A stretch of DNA of 64,000 bases, taken from NCBI RefSeq assembly GCF_009914755.1, contig NC_060927.1; one strand, written 5' to 3'. Below are positions 41,001 through 57,030 of this stretch, piece after piece. The stretch comes from the human T2T-CHM13v2.0 reference genome, Homo sapiens. Position numbers and translations under genes: made by a program. The notes below the pieces were generated by a model. That model ran no database searches and was not told the DNA's origin. It worked only from the letters and a program-made list of their open reading frames with translations. How positions within the stretch are numbered: the first letter of the stretch is position 1; each line of letters opens with the position of its first letter.

Positions 41001-44000
41001 GTGAATCAAAACACAGTTTCCATTCTGTGTAATGAATCCACCCATCACAAAGCATTTTCACAAATTGCTTGTTTCTAGTTTTTATAGCAGGATATTTGCT
41101 TTTTACTGTCAGCCTCGATGGGCTCAGAAATGTCACTTCATAGATTCTACAAAAAGAGTGTTTCAACCTAGTGAATCCAAACACAGGTTTCATTCTGTGA
41201 TATGAATCCACACACCACATAGCATTTTCACCAACAGCTCATTTCTAAATTATATGGAGAGATATTCAATTTTTCCTTATGGGCCTCAATAGGCTAACAT
41301 ATGTCCCTTTGTAGATTTTTTAAAAAGGGTATTTCCAACCTGGTGAATCAAAACACAGGTTCCATTCTGTGAGATGAATCCACACATTTCAAAGCATTTT
41401 GACAGATAGCTTGTTATTAGTTTTTATCACGGGATATTCCATTTTTCCATAAGGGCCTCAATAAGCTCAGAAATGTCCCTTCGTAGATTCTACTAAAAGA
41501 GTGATTCCATGCTCGTGAATCAAAACACAGGTTGCATTCTGAGAGATGAATTGACACATCTCAATGCATTTTCACAGATAGCTTATTTCTCATTTTTATC
41601 ACCAGATATTCCGTTTTATGGATATTCCATTTTATACCATTGGCTTCAAAGGGCTCTGAAATGTCCCTTCATAAATTCTACAAAAAGAATGTTTCCAACC
41701 TGGTGAATCAAAATGCAGGTTCCATTCTGTGAGATGAATCCCACATCCCAAGGCATTTTCACAGAGAGCTTATTTGTAGTTTATATGTCGGGATATTTGA
41801 TTTTTCACTATTGGCTTCGGTGGGCTCAGAAACGTCCCTTAGTGGATTCCACAAAATGAGTGTTGCCAAATTCTCAAAAAACAAACAAACAAACAAACAA
41901 AACAGAGGTTACATTCTGTGAGATGCATCCAGACAAGACAAAGCCTTTACAAAGATAGCTTGTTTCTAGTTTTTGTTGTGGGATAATCAGTTTTTCACTA
42001 TAGGGTACAACTGGCTCCTAAATGTCCCTACATAGATTCCAAAAACAGAATGTTTCTATCCAGGAGAAGCAAAATGCGAGTTCCATTTTGGAAGATGAAT
42101 CCACACGTCACAAAACGTTTCACAGATAGCTTGTTTCTAGTTTTTATTGTGGTATATTCAGTTTTACACTATGGGCTGCAATGGGCTAAAAAATGTCAAT
42201 TCCTAGATTCTACAAAAAGGGTGTTTTCAAGCTGGTGAATGAAAACACAGTTTCCATTCTGTGAGATGAATCCACATATTACAAAGCATTTTCACAGATA
42301 ACTTGTTTGTAGTTTTCATAACACGATATTTGGTTTTTCATTATCGGCTTCAACAGAATCAGAAACATCTCTTAGTAAATTCTACCAAGAGTGTTTCCAA
42401 ACTCTGAAACAAAACACAAGCTCCATTCTGTAAGATGAATCCACACATCACAGAGCATTTTCACAGATAGATTTTTTCTAGTTTTTATCATGGGATATGC
42501 AGTTTTTCACTATAGGTTTCAATGGTCTCAGAAATGTCCCTTCGGAGATTCTACAAAAGAGTGTTCCTCACTAGTGAATCAAAACACAGGTTCCATTCTG
42601 TGAGACAAATTGACACACCACAGGTCTTCACGGATCACTTGTTTCTAGTTGTTATCACGGGATATTCGGTATTTCAGTGTATGCTTCAATTTGCTCAGGA
42701 ATGTCCCCTGGGAGACTCTACAAAAGGAGGTTTTCCAACCTGGTAATTCAAACACAGCTTCCATTCTGTGAGATGGATCCACAAATCACAAAGCCTTTTC
42801 ACGATTATTTGTTTCTTTTTATCGCAGCATATTTGGTTTTTCACTGTAGGCATCATTGGTCTCAGAAATGTCGCTTTGTAGATTCTACAAAAAGTGTTTC
42901 CAAACTGGTGAATGAAAAAACAGGTTCCATTCTGTCAGGTGAATCCACATATTACAAAGCATTTTCATAAAAGCTTGTTCCTAGATTATATCATGAGATA
43001 TTAGATTTTTCGTTATGGGCCTCAATAGGCTCACATGTCTGTTTCTAAGATAGCTTGTATCTAGTTTTTATCATGAGATATTAAAATTTCCTTATGGGCT
43101 TCAATGGGATCAGAAATGTTCTTTCAGAGATACTACCAAAAGAGTGTTTCCAACCTGGTGAATCAAAACACAGGTTCCATTCTGTGAGATGAATCCACAC
43201 ATTTCAAAGCATTTTCACAGATAGCTTGTTTCTAGTTTTTGTTGCAGGATATTTGGTTTTTCAGTGTAGGCGTCAATGGGCTCATAAATCTCTCTTTGTA
43301 TATTCTACAAAAAAAAGTCTTCAAGTTGTTGAATTAAAACACAGGTTCCCTTCTGTGAGATGAATCCACACATCACAAAGCATTTTCACACATAGCATGT
43401 TTCTAGTTTTTATTGAGGGGTATGCAGTTTTTCACTATAGGCTTCAATTGACTCAGAAATGTCCTTTCATAGATGCTACAAAGAGTGTGTTTCCAACCTG
43501 GTGAATCCAAACATAGTTTTCATTCTGTAAGATGAATCCACACATCACAAAGCTTTTTCACAGAGAGCTTGTATCTAGATTTTATCATGAGATATTAGAA
43601 TTTCCTTATGGGTCTCAATGGGCTCAAAAATGTTCGTTTATAGATACTACAAAGAAAGCATTTACAATCTGGTGAATCAAAGTCTAGGTTCCATTCTGTG
43701 AGATGAATCCACACATTTCAAAGCATTTTCACAGGTAGCTTTTTTTTTATTTTTATCACAGAACATTCAATTTTTCACCATAGGCTTCAATGAGTTCAGT
43801 CGTGTCCCTTTGTAGATTCTACAGAGAGTGTTTCTCTCCTGATGAATCATATTGCAGGTTCCATTCTCTGAGATGAATCCAGGCATTACAAAGCATTTTC
43901 ACTAATACCTTGTTTCTAGACTATATCACAGTTTATTAGATTTTCCCCTATGGGCCTCAAGGGTCTCAAAAACATCCCTTCGTATACTCTACCAAAAGAG

Positions 44001-44874
44001 AGTTTCCAAGCTGGTGAATCAAAACACAGGTGGCATTCTGTGAGATGAATTTACACTCACAAAGCATTTGCACAGATAGCTTGTTTCTAGTTTTTTCTGG
44101 GATATTCTGTTTTTCACTCTCAACTTCAAAGGACTCTAAAATGTCCCTTCGTAGATTCTACAGAATGTTTCCAACCTGGTGAATCTAAATCCAAGTTCCA
44201 GTCTATGAGATAAATCCACACATCACAAAGCATTTTCACAGATAGTTTGTTGATTTTATATTGGATATTCTATTTTTCACTATCGGCTTCAATAGGCTCA
44301 GAAATGTCCCTTCATAAATTCTACAAAAACAGTTTTTCAAACTCTTGAAACAAAACGTGGTTCCATTCCGTGACAGGAATTCACACATCACAAAAGCATT
44401 TTCATCAATAGCTTGTTTCTCGATTACATCACGAGATATTTGATTTTTCCTTGTGGGCCTCAATAGGCTCACATATGACTTTTCATAGATTCTATAAAAA
44501 GGGTGTTTCTCACCTAATAAATCAAAACACAGGTTCCATTCTGTGAGATGAATTCACATGTCAGAAAGCGTTTTCACAGATATTTTGCTTCTAGTTTCTG
44601 CTAAGGGATATTTGGTTTTTCATTGTAGGATACAACCAGCTCAGAAATGTCCCTTTGTAGATTTTTCAAAGAGAATGTTTCCAACCTGGTGAATCAAGAC
44701 ACAATTTCCATTTTTTTAAATGAATCCACACATCACAAAGCATTTTCACAGATGGCTTGTTTCTAATTTATATTGATGGATATTTGGCTTCTCACTGTGG
44801 GCTGCAATGGGTTCAGAAATGTCAATTTGTAGATTCTACAAAGAGTGTTTCCAAGCTGGTGAATAACAACATAG

Positions 44875-45209
<335 letters not shown>

Positions 45210-46843
45210 TACTCGAAGCATTTTCACAGATAGTTTCCTTCTAGTTTTAATCGAGAGATGTTTGATTTTCCTTATGGGCTTCAATGGCCTCAAAAATGTA
45301 ACTTCGTAGATTCTACCAAAAGCCTGATTCCATCCTGGTGAATAAAAACACAGGTTCCATTTTGTGAGATAAATCCACACATCACAAAACATTTTCACAG
45401 ATAGTTTGTATCTAGTTTTTATTGCAGGATATTCACTGTTTCACTGTAAGCATAAATGGGATCAGAAATGTCACGTTGTAGATTCTACAAAACAAGTGTT
45501 TCCAACCTGGTGAATCAAAACACAGGTTCCATTCTGTGAGATTAATCCACACATCACAAAGCATTTGCACTAATAGCTTGTTTCTAGATTATATATCAGG
45601 ATATTCGAGTTTTCATTTTGGATCTCAAATCACTCACATATGTCCCCTCATAGGTTCTACAAAAAGAGTCTTTATAACCTGGTGAATCAAACACAGATTC
45701 CATACTGTGAGATGAATCCACACATCACAAAGCATTTTGGCAGATAGCTTGTTTCTGGTTTTCATCACCGGGTATTCAGTTTTTCTTATGGGCCTCAATG
45801 GGCTCTGAAAAGTACCTTCGTAGATTCTACAAAGAGAGTCTTTCCAAGATGGTGAATCAAAACACAGGTTGCATTCAGTGAGATTAATTCACACATCACA
45901 AAGCATTTGCACAGATAGCTTGTTTTTAGTTTGTACTATGGGATATTTCATTTTTCATGATCGACTTCAATGGGATCAGGAATGTCCACTAGTAGATCCT
46001 ACAAAAGGAGTGTTTCCAACGAGGTGAATCTAAATGCAGGTTTCATTCTGTGAGATGAATCCACACATCACAAAGCATTTTCACAAATAGCTGGTTTGTA
46101 GATTTTATATCGGGATATTCTGCTTTTCACTGTCGGCTTCAATGAGCTCAGAAATATCCCTTCACGGATTTTATAAAAAGACTACTTCCAAACTCTTGAC
46201 AACAAAACAGAGGTTCCCTTCTGTGAGATCAATCCAGACATAAGAAAACCTTTTCACAGACAGCGTATTTCTACTTTTTATTGTGGGATATTCGGTTTTA
46301 AACTATAGGCTAAAATTGGCTCAGAAATATCCCTTCGTTGATTCTGGAAACAGGGTGTTTCCAATCTGGTGAATCAAAACACAAGTTTCATTTTGTAAGA
46401 TGAATGCACACATCACAAAGCATTTTCACAGATGGTTTGTTTCTAGTTTATATAGCGGGATATTCGGTTTTTCACTATGGGCTTCAATGGCCTCAGAAAT
46501 GTCAATTTGTAGATTTTACGAAAAGAATGTTTCCAAGCTGGTGAATAAAATCACAGGTTCCATTCTGTGAGATGAATCCACACATCACCAAGAATTTCAC
46601 AGATAAATTTTTTCTAGTTTTTATTGCAGGATATTCTGCTTTTCACTGTGGGCTTCAATGGGCATTGAAATGGCCCTTCATAGTTTCTACAAAAAGAGTG
46701 TTTCCAACTTGATGAATTAAATGCAGGTTCCATTCTATGAGATGAATCCACACATCACAAAGCAGTTTCACAGACAGATTGTTTGTATTTTTTATATCAA
46801 GATATTCTGTTTTTCACTAACGGCATCAATGGGCTTAGAAATG

Positions 46844-48629
<1,786 letters not shown>

Positions 48630-51009
48630 AGAAATGTCTGTTTATGGATTCTACGAAAAGATTGTTCCTAATTCTTGAAACAAAACAGACTTTCTATTTT
48701 GTGAGATGAAGCCATACATGACAAAGCCTTTTCACAGATAGCTTGTTTCTAGTTTTTATCCTGGGATATTTGGTTCTTAACTATAGGTTACAGTAGACTC
48801 ACAAATATCCTTTCATAGATTCTACAAACTCAGTCTTTCCAACCTGGTGAAGCAAAACACGAGTTCCATTTCGTGAGATGAATTCACACATAAGAAACCA
48901 TTTTGAAAAATAGCTTATTTCTAGTTTTATATCGTGGGGTAATCAATTTTTTTTTTAATGGGCCTCAGTTGGCTCAGAAAAGTCTTTTCGTAGATTCTAC
49001 CAAAAGAGCATTTCCAACCTGGTGAATCGAAAAACAGGTTCCATTTGGTGGGATGACCACACATCACAAGCATTTTCAGAGATAGGTTGTTTCTAGTTTT
49101 AATCTCAGTATATTCAGGTTTTCACTATAGGCTTCAATGGGCTCAGAAATGTCTCTTCATGGATTCTACAAAAGAGTGTTTACAACTTGGTGAATCAAAA
49201 TACATGTTCCATTCTGTGAAATGAATCCAAACATCACAAAGCATTTCCACTAATAACTTGTTTCTATATTATATAATAAGGTATTTGGTGTCTTCTTATA
49301 GGCCTCAATAGGCTCCACGTATGTGTCCTCATAGATTCCACAAAAAGTGTTTGAAACCTGGTGAATCAAACCACAGGCTCCATTCTGTGAGATGAATCCA
49401 CACATCACAAAGCATTTTCACGGATAGATTGTATCTACTTTTTACCACGGGACATTTGGTTTTTCACCAAACTCCTCAATGGTCTCAGAAATGTCGCTTT
49501 GTAGATTCTACAAAAATAGTGTTTACAACGTTGTGATTCAAAATGCAGGTTTCATTCTGTGAGATGAATCCACACATCACAAAGCATTTTTACTAATAGC
49601 TTGTTTCTAGTTTATATAACAGATTATTTAATTTTTCCTTAAGGATCACAAAAGGCTAACATTCGTCCCTTCATAGATTCTACAAAAAGAGAGTTTCTGA
49701 CTCAGGAATCAAAACACAGCTGCCATTTTGTGAGATGAATCCACACATCACAAAGCATTTTTACAGATATCTTTTTTCTATTTTTTTTTTGCTGTGTATT
49801 CGATTTTTCCTATGGGCTTCAATGGGCTCAGAAATGTCCCTTTGTAGATTCTACCAAAAGAGTGTTTCTAATCTGGCGAATCAAACCAGGGTTCAATTTT
49901 GTGAGATGAATCCACACATCACAAAGCATTTTCACAGATAACTTGTTTCCAGTTTTTATCACAGGATATTCAGATTTTCACTATAGGTTTCAATGGGGTC
50001 AGATATGTCTTTTCGTATATTCTACAAACATTGTGTTTACAACCTGGTGAAACAAACATAGGTTTCGCTCTGTGAGATGAATCCACAAATCACAAAGCAT
50101 TATCACAGATTGCTTATTTTTAGTTTTTATCGTGGGTTATTTGGTTTTTCAATGTTGGCCTCAACAGGTTCAGAAATGTGGCTTTGTAGATTCTACAAAA
50201 TGAGTGTTTCCAACCTGGTAAATCAAAACACAGGTTCCATTCTATGACATGAATCCACACATCACAAAGCATTTTCACCAATAACTTGTTTCTAGATTTT
50301 ACCACGAGGTATTTGGTGTTATCTTCTGGGCCTCAGTAGGCTCACATATGTGTCTTTGTAGATTCTACAAAAAGGGTGTTTCCAACCTGGTGAATCACAA
50401 CACAGGTTTCATTCTGTGAGATGAATCCACACATCACAAAGCATTTTCATAGATAGCTTGTTTCCAGTTCTTATCTTGGGATATTCGATTTTCACAGATA
50501 AATTATTTCTAGTTTTTATTGTGGGATATTCCATTTTTCACTCTCAGCTTCAATGGGCATTGAAATGTCCCTTCATAGATTCTACAAAAAAAAAGCGTTT
50601 CCAAAATGGTGAATCAAAATGCAAGTTCCATTCTGTGAGATGAATTCACACATCACAAAGCAGTTTCACCGACAGCTTGTTTTTAGTTTTTATATTAAGA
50701 TATTCTGTTTTTCACTAACGGTATCAACAGGCTTAGAGATTTCTCTTCATGGATTCTACAAAAAGATTGTTTCCAAACTCTTGAAACAAAACAGAGTTGC
50801 CATTTTGTGAGATGAATGCATACATGACAAAGCCTTTTCACAGAGAGCTTGTTTCTAGTTTTTATCCTGGGATATTCGGTTCTTAACTATAGGCTACACT
50901 GGGCTCACAAACGTCCCTTCATAGATTCTCCCATGTGAGAAGAAACGTCACAACACATTTTCACTGATAGCTTGATTCTATATTTATCCCAAGATATTCG
51001 ACACTGTAT

Positions 51010-51599
51010 TGATTTGAGTGCTGGGAACCCTTCCACTCTGCTGGAGCCAAACAGAAAATGCGGATTTCTGGGTGGATGCCAGGGGATGTTAGTGGGGCTC
51101 CAGGGATGTAGAGTTGCAGAGGCTGCTGGGCCCTGGGGCAAGATGCAGTCTCATGCGGGCTGAGTTCTCAATATGGCTCCATGCTGCAGCTGCATAGGAC
51201 TTGGGGAATGCATGGGACCAAGCCTGACCTCTCGCTCTGGAGCAATGCCATGGAGTGGACTCCAGTGAGCTCCCTATGCCAACCAGTCTCGGGCCCCTTG
51301 GAAGTCAAGGGACTCTTTCATGGCTAGGTTTATAGGAATCTGCAGTGGAAGTATGGACCACTTGGGATCTCTCACTTACTTTGCCAATACCAGAGAGCCT
51401 CTCAAACTCCTGTCCAATCCCAGCTGGGCTGTCTACCTTGCCTCCCTCTGCTTTGGTGCCTTGTGTGTTTCTTGTCACTTCTATGCTGAATTCCAGCATT
51501 CCCTCTTAGATGTTTTATTTTAAGTGTGCTATTTTGTTTGTACTTTGTGGAAGAGTTCAATGTCCTATATCTCTATTCAGCCATCTTGAAAGAGTCCCC
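51010..51599 (-). mobile_element. Old L1 5'UTR / 5' terminus
   Basis: GC-richer segment whose reverse complement begins GGGGACTCTTTCAAGATGGCTGAATAG, the L1 5' start motif containing the YY1 site. Confidence 0.75.
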
Positions 51600-53529
51600 A
51601 AATGTTCCTTTTTGTAAGGTGCCATCAAAATATATTTAACCATTTCCTTTCAGAATTTTAAGGTCTCTGTCTTTCTCTCCTTGTTCTTTCAATAAAATTG
51701 TGATGAACATCCTCATATTGTGGTCTTTTCCTGGCTCTGATTATTTTCTTAGAATAATTTCTAGAAGGGAAATTACTAGTATCGTATTACAAAGTTAATC
51801 TTTAAAGCAGGTGACACTGTAAAGCATCTCATTCACTATGTGTGCATGCAAATTAAAGGCTCTGATGCATCAAATATATCACCATGTAAACATAGTAATG
51901 GTCATTGAAGTATGTCCATATATGCAGACATTTTCACTACGTTTTCCAAAAGTGATCATGAAGATCTCATCAGTGATAAAGTTTCCAAAGCTACAGATAC
52001 ACAAAGTTAAATAAACATTGTATTATTATTATTTTTATTTATTACATTAATAAATATACTTATTATATAATATATTTATTAATATATCAATAAAGAAATG
52101 TTTATTATTCTTATGTAACTGTACTGCAGCAGGAAAATCAAAAAAGTAATACAATAAAACAAAATTAAACATTAATCATAATACTTACAATAAATTCATT
52201 CTTGATTTAGTATATATCAAATCATATCCCATATGCCTTAACATGTGAGACACTGTCCAAAGGAATTTTAAATACAGGTAAAAAATTATAATTTACATAA
52301 TAAATATAGCATAAAAGATCTTTATGCTACTATGTTCTAGTAGTTCTGTATATGATTTAAAATGAATCTATTCTGTCTAATTTGACTTTGATACAGTAGA
52401 CAAAACTGCTATTACACTTGGTATTATTATATTTTCTAAATCCTTTCATAAACAGACATACACTGGAGCATAAATTAGAGATATAAGTCATGTCCCTGGA
52501 GCTGGCCTGTTTGTTGACTCCATTCCAACTCCCATTTCTTTTAGTTTTATAGAAATATTCCTAACTTTGAATTAGTAATAAGTAAAATAAGTATTGATTC
52601 AATTATCTTCTAGGTGGTCTCCTGGGATATCATTAAGAAAGAGGCAAAACTTATTCTAACTTTAAAACAAATATCTCATCTCAATCAAGTACTCTTTCTT
52701 AAACTATTTAGGTTCATTTTATGGTAGAGCACATGAAGAAGAGATTTTATAACCATAACTAACTTTTATAATTCTGACAAAAATTATTCATAATGTTATT
52801 TTGATTTAATTTCTCAAAATTGGTAACCATTTTCTTGTGTAAATAGGTATATCTTCCTGTCGTCAGATAACCAGAATTAAGTATTTTTAAATGTTTATAA
52901 AAAAAAAGTAACTAATGAATTGACTATGAGTTTGGCTCCATAACAAGCTTCTAGACTAATAGGTTTACATCTTTAAGTCCCATCAGTTCTTCATTCCTTA
53001 AGGCTTTTACGAAATGTACTCCCTGAGGGCTAAAGGAGAGGGTTGTTGAGAAGTAGGAGAAGGAGAATACGTTATGTGGTCAAGAACACAGGACTCCCTG
53101 TCCACCATGCTCCAAGTCTGGAGTTATGGTTTTATCCCACGAGTGGCAGGATGAAGGCATTTCTTATCTTGTTCAGACTCATGTGACAGAAGCTCTGTTC
53201 TCAGCAGATGCAGTCAAAAAAGGTCAAGAACTCTTTTCTTTCACCTCACCCCAACTTGTAGAGTGGAAGCTCTGCCACAGTTGCAGCAGACAGAGAATAT
53301 TCAGTGCTAATTGATCCCATCTCAACTTGTTTACAAGACTAAGGCTTTATGTATGAGAAAAGAGTAAGGCAAGAAGACCAGGGGCCACCATGTACCCCAG
53401 CACCCTTTGTAAACCAGCAGTGTCGTTCCAGAAGCAGCAATGTTAAATAAAATGGTTAACATAACAAACAATATAAATATAAACTTGCTTTTTTTTTCTC
53501 TAAATTGCTTTAAAATGTATATATTTACA

Positions 53530-56095
53530 CAAAGTAATAATGATATTAATGTTTTATTGTGCCTGTAACATATATTATTTGAGCCACAACAATAATAGTA
53601 CAAAAAGTGGTTAGAGCTATATAGACATAAACTTTATTTGATGGGTATTAAAATAGTTTAAATATAAAACAGATTTTCATAAATTAGATACACATAAGCC
53701 CTAGATCAAAAATTAAGGAAATAACCCAAAAAATATCATTTTAAATTATTAAAAGTATTAAAATGTTACATTATAAAATATTCACTTAAATCCAAGGAAA
53801 GCCATGAAAGAGAAATAAAGGGACAAAAAGACCTGATAAATCTAGGGAAAAAAGTGTAAAATGTCAGATTAAATTCAACTACATCAATATTAACCCTAAG
53901 TGTAAGTGGATTAAACAATTTACTCAAAAGGCTACATTTTCAATAATGGAGAGAACCAACAGGCAGAAGATCATCAAGGAAATAGAACACTTAATGGCAG
54001 TAAACATCAAGGAGACCTAACAAATATTTTCCTACAGCACTCCTTCTCAATGCCATGGAACATTCACCAGAATAGACAACACACTAGTATATAAAACAGC
54101 CCTCACTATATTGACAGGGATTGAAATATTGCAAATTACGTTTTCTAACTACAATGGAATTGAATTAGAAATCAACAACAGAAGATCAATTGAAGTGTTC
54201 TCAAATACATGCAAATTAAACCACACACTTAAAAAAAAAAGTCTCTAAAAGAGAATGTGATTATGTCCTTTGCAGAGATATGGATGGAGCTGGAGGCCAT
54301 TATCCTTAGCAAACTAATCCAGGAACAGAAAACCAAATACCACATGTTTTCACTTTTAAGTGGGAGCTAAATGATGAGAACACACAGACACATAGAGGGG
54401 AACAACACATACTGGGGCCTGTCAGAGGATGGAGGGTGGGAGGAAGGAGAGGATAAGGAAAAATAACTAATGGGTACTAGGCTTAATACCTGAGTATTGA
54501 AATACCCTACATAACAAATCCCCATGAAACTTGTTTAATCCAAAACTGGATAGTACCCCTGAACTTAAAATAAAAGTTTAAAAATATAATAATAAATAAT
54601 GAAATATACAATTAAGTTAAAATAAATAAATATGTAAATAAACCAATGGATCAAGGTAAATTATAAATTATCTAGAGAAGAATAAAACTAAAACACAAAA
54701 TCCCCAAATCTATGTAAAGCAGCTAGGGCAGTTCTCAGAGGAAAATGTATAGTTCTAAGTATCTACATTAACAAAGAGTAATGATCTTAAATCAGTAGTC
54801 TAAACTTCACCTAAGACACTGGAAAAATAGGAGCAAATTAAATCCAAGCAAAAAAAGGAAAAAATAAATTTAAAGTGAAAGTAAATAAAATAGAAAGTGG
54901 AAAAACAACAGCAAAAATTAAAATCAAAAGTTAGTTCTTCAAAAATATTAGCATATTAATAATTGACAAACCTTTAGTTAGTCCAAGAAAAAAAAGAGAG
55001 AAAACTCAAATTATCAAACTCAGAAATGAAAAAAAGCATACCACTACTGAACTTACGTATTAAAAAGAACACTAAATAAATAATATGAACAATTATATAC
55101 TAAAAAATTAGATAACTTAGATAAGTGTTTAATTTCCTAGGAAAACACAAACTACCAAAACTGACTCAAGAATAAATAGACAATTTAAATAGGCGTATAA
55201 CAAGCAGATTTATTTCATAATCAAAAAATGTATCCACAGCGAAAAGCACAAGCCCAGATAGCTTCACTGACAAATGCTACGAAACACGTAAAGAATTAAT
55301 ACCAATCCCTCACAAAGTTTACCAAGAAATAGAATAGGAGGAAACACTTAACTAATTTCATGAGGCTGGAATTGCACTGATACAAAACCAGGCAAAGACA
55401 TCACAAGAAAACTATATATTCATTATTTCTCTCATATATACGCAAAATTCCTTACCAAAATGCTAGCAAATCAAATTTAGCAACACATACAAAAGATTAT
55501 ACAGCGTCATATGTGGTATTTATATAAGTAACACAAGTTTGGTTTCACACATGAAAATAAGTCAATGTTATCAATTATTCTATTAATTATCAATATTCAA
55601 TTAATTATATTAATAAGTGAATAAAACACAGTTGTCTCAATAGAAACAGAAAGTGCATTTGCTGTAATCCCTTACTCTTTTATAAGACAAAACAAAACAC
55701 AAAAACAAACTGGAAATAAAATGAATTTCCTTCTCAACCAACTAAAACATATTTAGGAAAAACCCTCAAATAACTATACACTTCATAATGAAAGAGTGCT
55801 TTCGCCTGTGATCAGAAACAAGATGCCCTTTCTAACCACTTCTATTTAACAGTATAGTGGAAGTTCTAGCCAGAGAATTAGGCAAGGAAAAATAAATAAA
55901 TAAAGCCATCTAGATGGAAATAAAGAAGTAACATTATCTCTATCCTAGATGATGCAATAATTTACATAAACAGTTCTAAACACCAATTAAAATTATTAAA
56001 CCTTACAAATGAGTTGCACCATACAAAAAAGTACAAAAAAGCCATTGTATTTGTGTACTTGAAATAATCTAAAAATAAAATTATGAAAACGTTCC
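53530..56095 (+). mobile_element. Ancient L1M ORF2 (EN to RT) remnant
   Basis: Decayed motifs such as CATGGAACATTCACCAGAATAGAC, AAATTAGATAACTTAGAT, GCCCAGATAGCTTCACTG, GGAAGTTCTAGCCAG and AGATGATGCAAT. Confidence 0.75.
54250..54600 (+). mobile_element. L1PA15/16-like 3' end nested in the older L1
   Basis: GGAGCTGGAGGCCATTATCCTTAGCAAACTAA...GGAAAAATAACTAATGGGTACTAGGCTTAATACCTG...CCCCTGAACTTAAAATAAAAG. Confidence 0.85.
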
Positions 56096-56099
56096 ATAT

Positions 56100-56370
56100 C
56101 TGTTAATCTTTTAGAAGAACCAACTTTGAGTTTCATTCATTCCCTCTGTTGTTTTTTCACTCTCCAGTTATTCTTATTTTAATCTTTATTATTTAGTTTT
56201 TTTCCCTTGCTTTGGGTTTAACTTACTCATATTTTTCTTAGGGCTAAAGATAGTTTACTGATTTGAAATCTTTCATCTTTCTTAATATAGGCATTTATAA
56301 TAATAAATTTTACCTTGAGCACTGTTTCAGCTGCTTCATTAGTGTGGAGATTTTGTATTTTCATTTAGCT
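56100..56370 (-). mobile_element. Inverted ancient L1 ORF2 fragment
   Basis: TGTTAATCTTTTAGAAGAACCAACTTT...GCTTTGGGTTTAA...AGGCATTTATA...GAGCACTGTTTCAGCTGC is the antisense of the L1 region represented at ~54710-54960. Confidence 0.7.
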
Positions 56371-56377
56371 CCAAATT

Positions 56378-57030
56378 AGATACCCAAGAGAAATAAAACA
56401 CTTCATATCCACAAAAATTTGTATACAAATATTCATATGAGTATCATAAGGGCCCAAATGTGGAAATAGACCAAATCTTCAGCTGATAATTCAATTAAAA
56501 ATGGTACATTCATGCAAAAGGAAAATTTATAGTTGTAAGTACCTACATGAACAGAGAGGAAAGATCTTAAACCAGTAATCTAAACTTCACCTAAGAGACT
56601 GGAAAAACAGGAGCAAATTCAGCAATATTGTTCAATAATATTGTTTGATATTGTTCAACAGTAAAAAGGAATGAAGTACTGATAAAAAGGAATGAAGTAC
56701 TGGATTAACTTTGTAATCATTGTATTAACTGAAAATACCCATTCCCCCAAATCACATAATATATGATTACACTCATATGAAAAGTCCAGAAAAGAAAAAT
56801 CCATAGAGATGGGAAGCAGAGTAGTGTTTATGTAGGGTTAGTCCAGTGATGGGGGAAGGCAAGGGGAGCAGAGTGACTGCTCAGAGGCAGGAGATTTCTT
56901 CAAGGAGTGATGGAAATGCTCTAAATTAGAGTCTGGTGATAGTTGTGCAGCGCTGTGAATGTACTAGTGCCATTGAATTGTATATTTTAAATGGTAAATT
57001 TTATGGTGTGTAAATTATATCTCAAAAAAG
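56378..57030 (+). mobile_element. L1MB/MC-type 3' end
   Basis: TACCCAAGAGAAAT...AAAAGGAATGAAGTACTG...AAATCCATAGAGA...GTGATGGAAATG...GTAAATTTTATGGTGTGTAAATTATATCTCAA. Confidence 0.8.
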
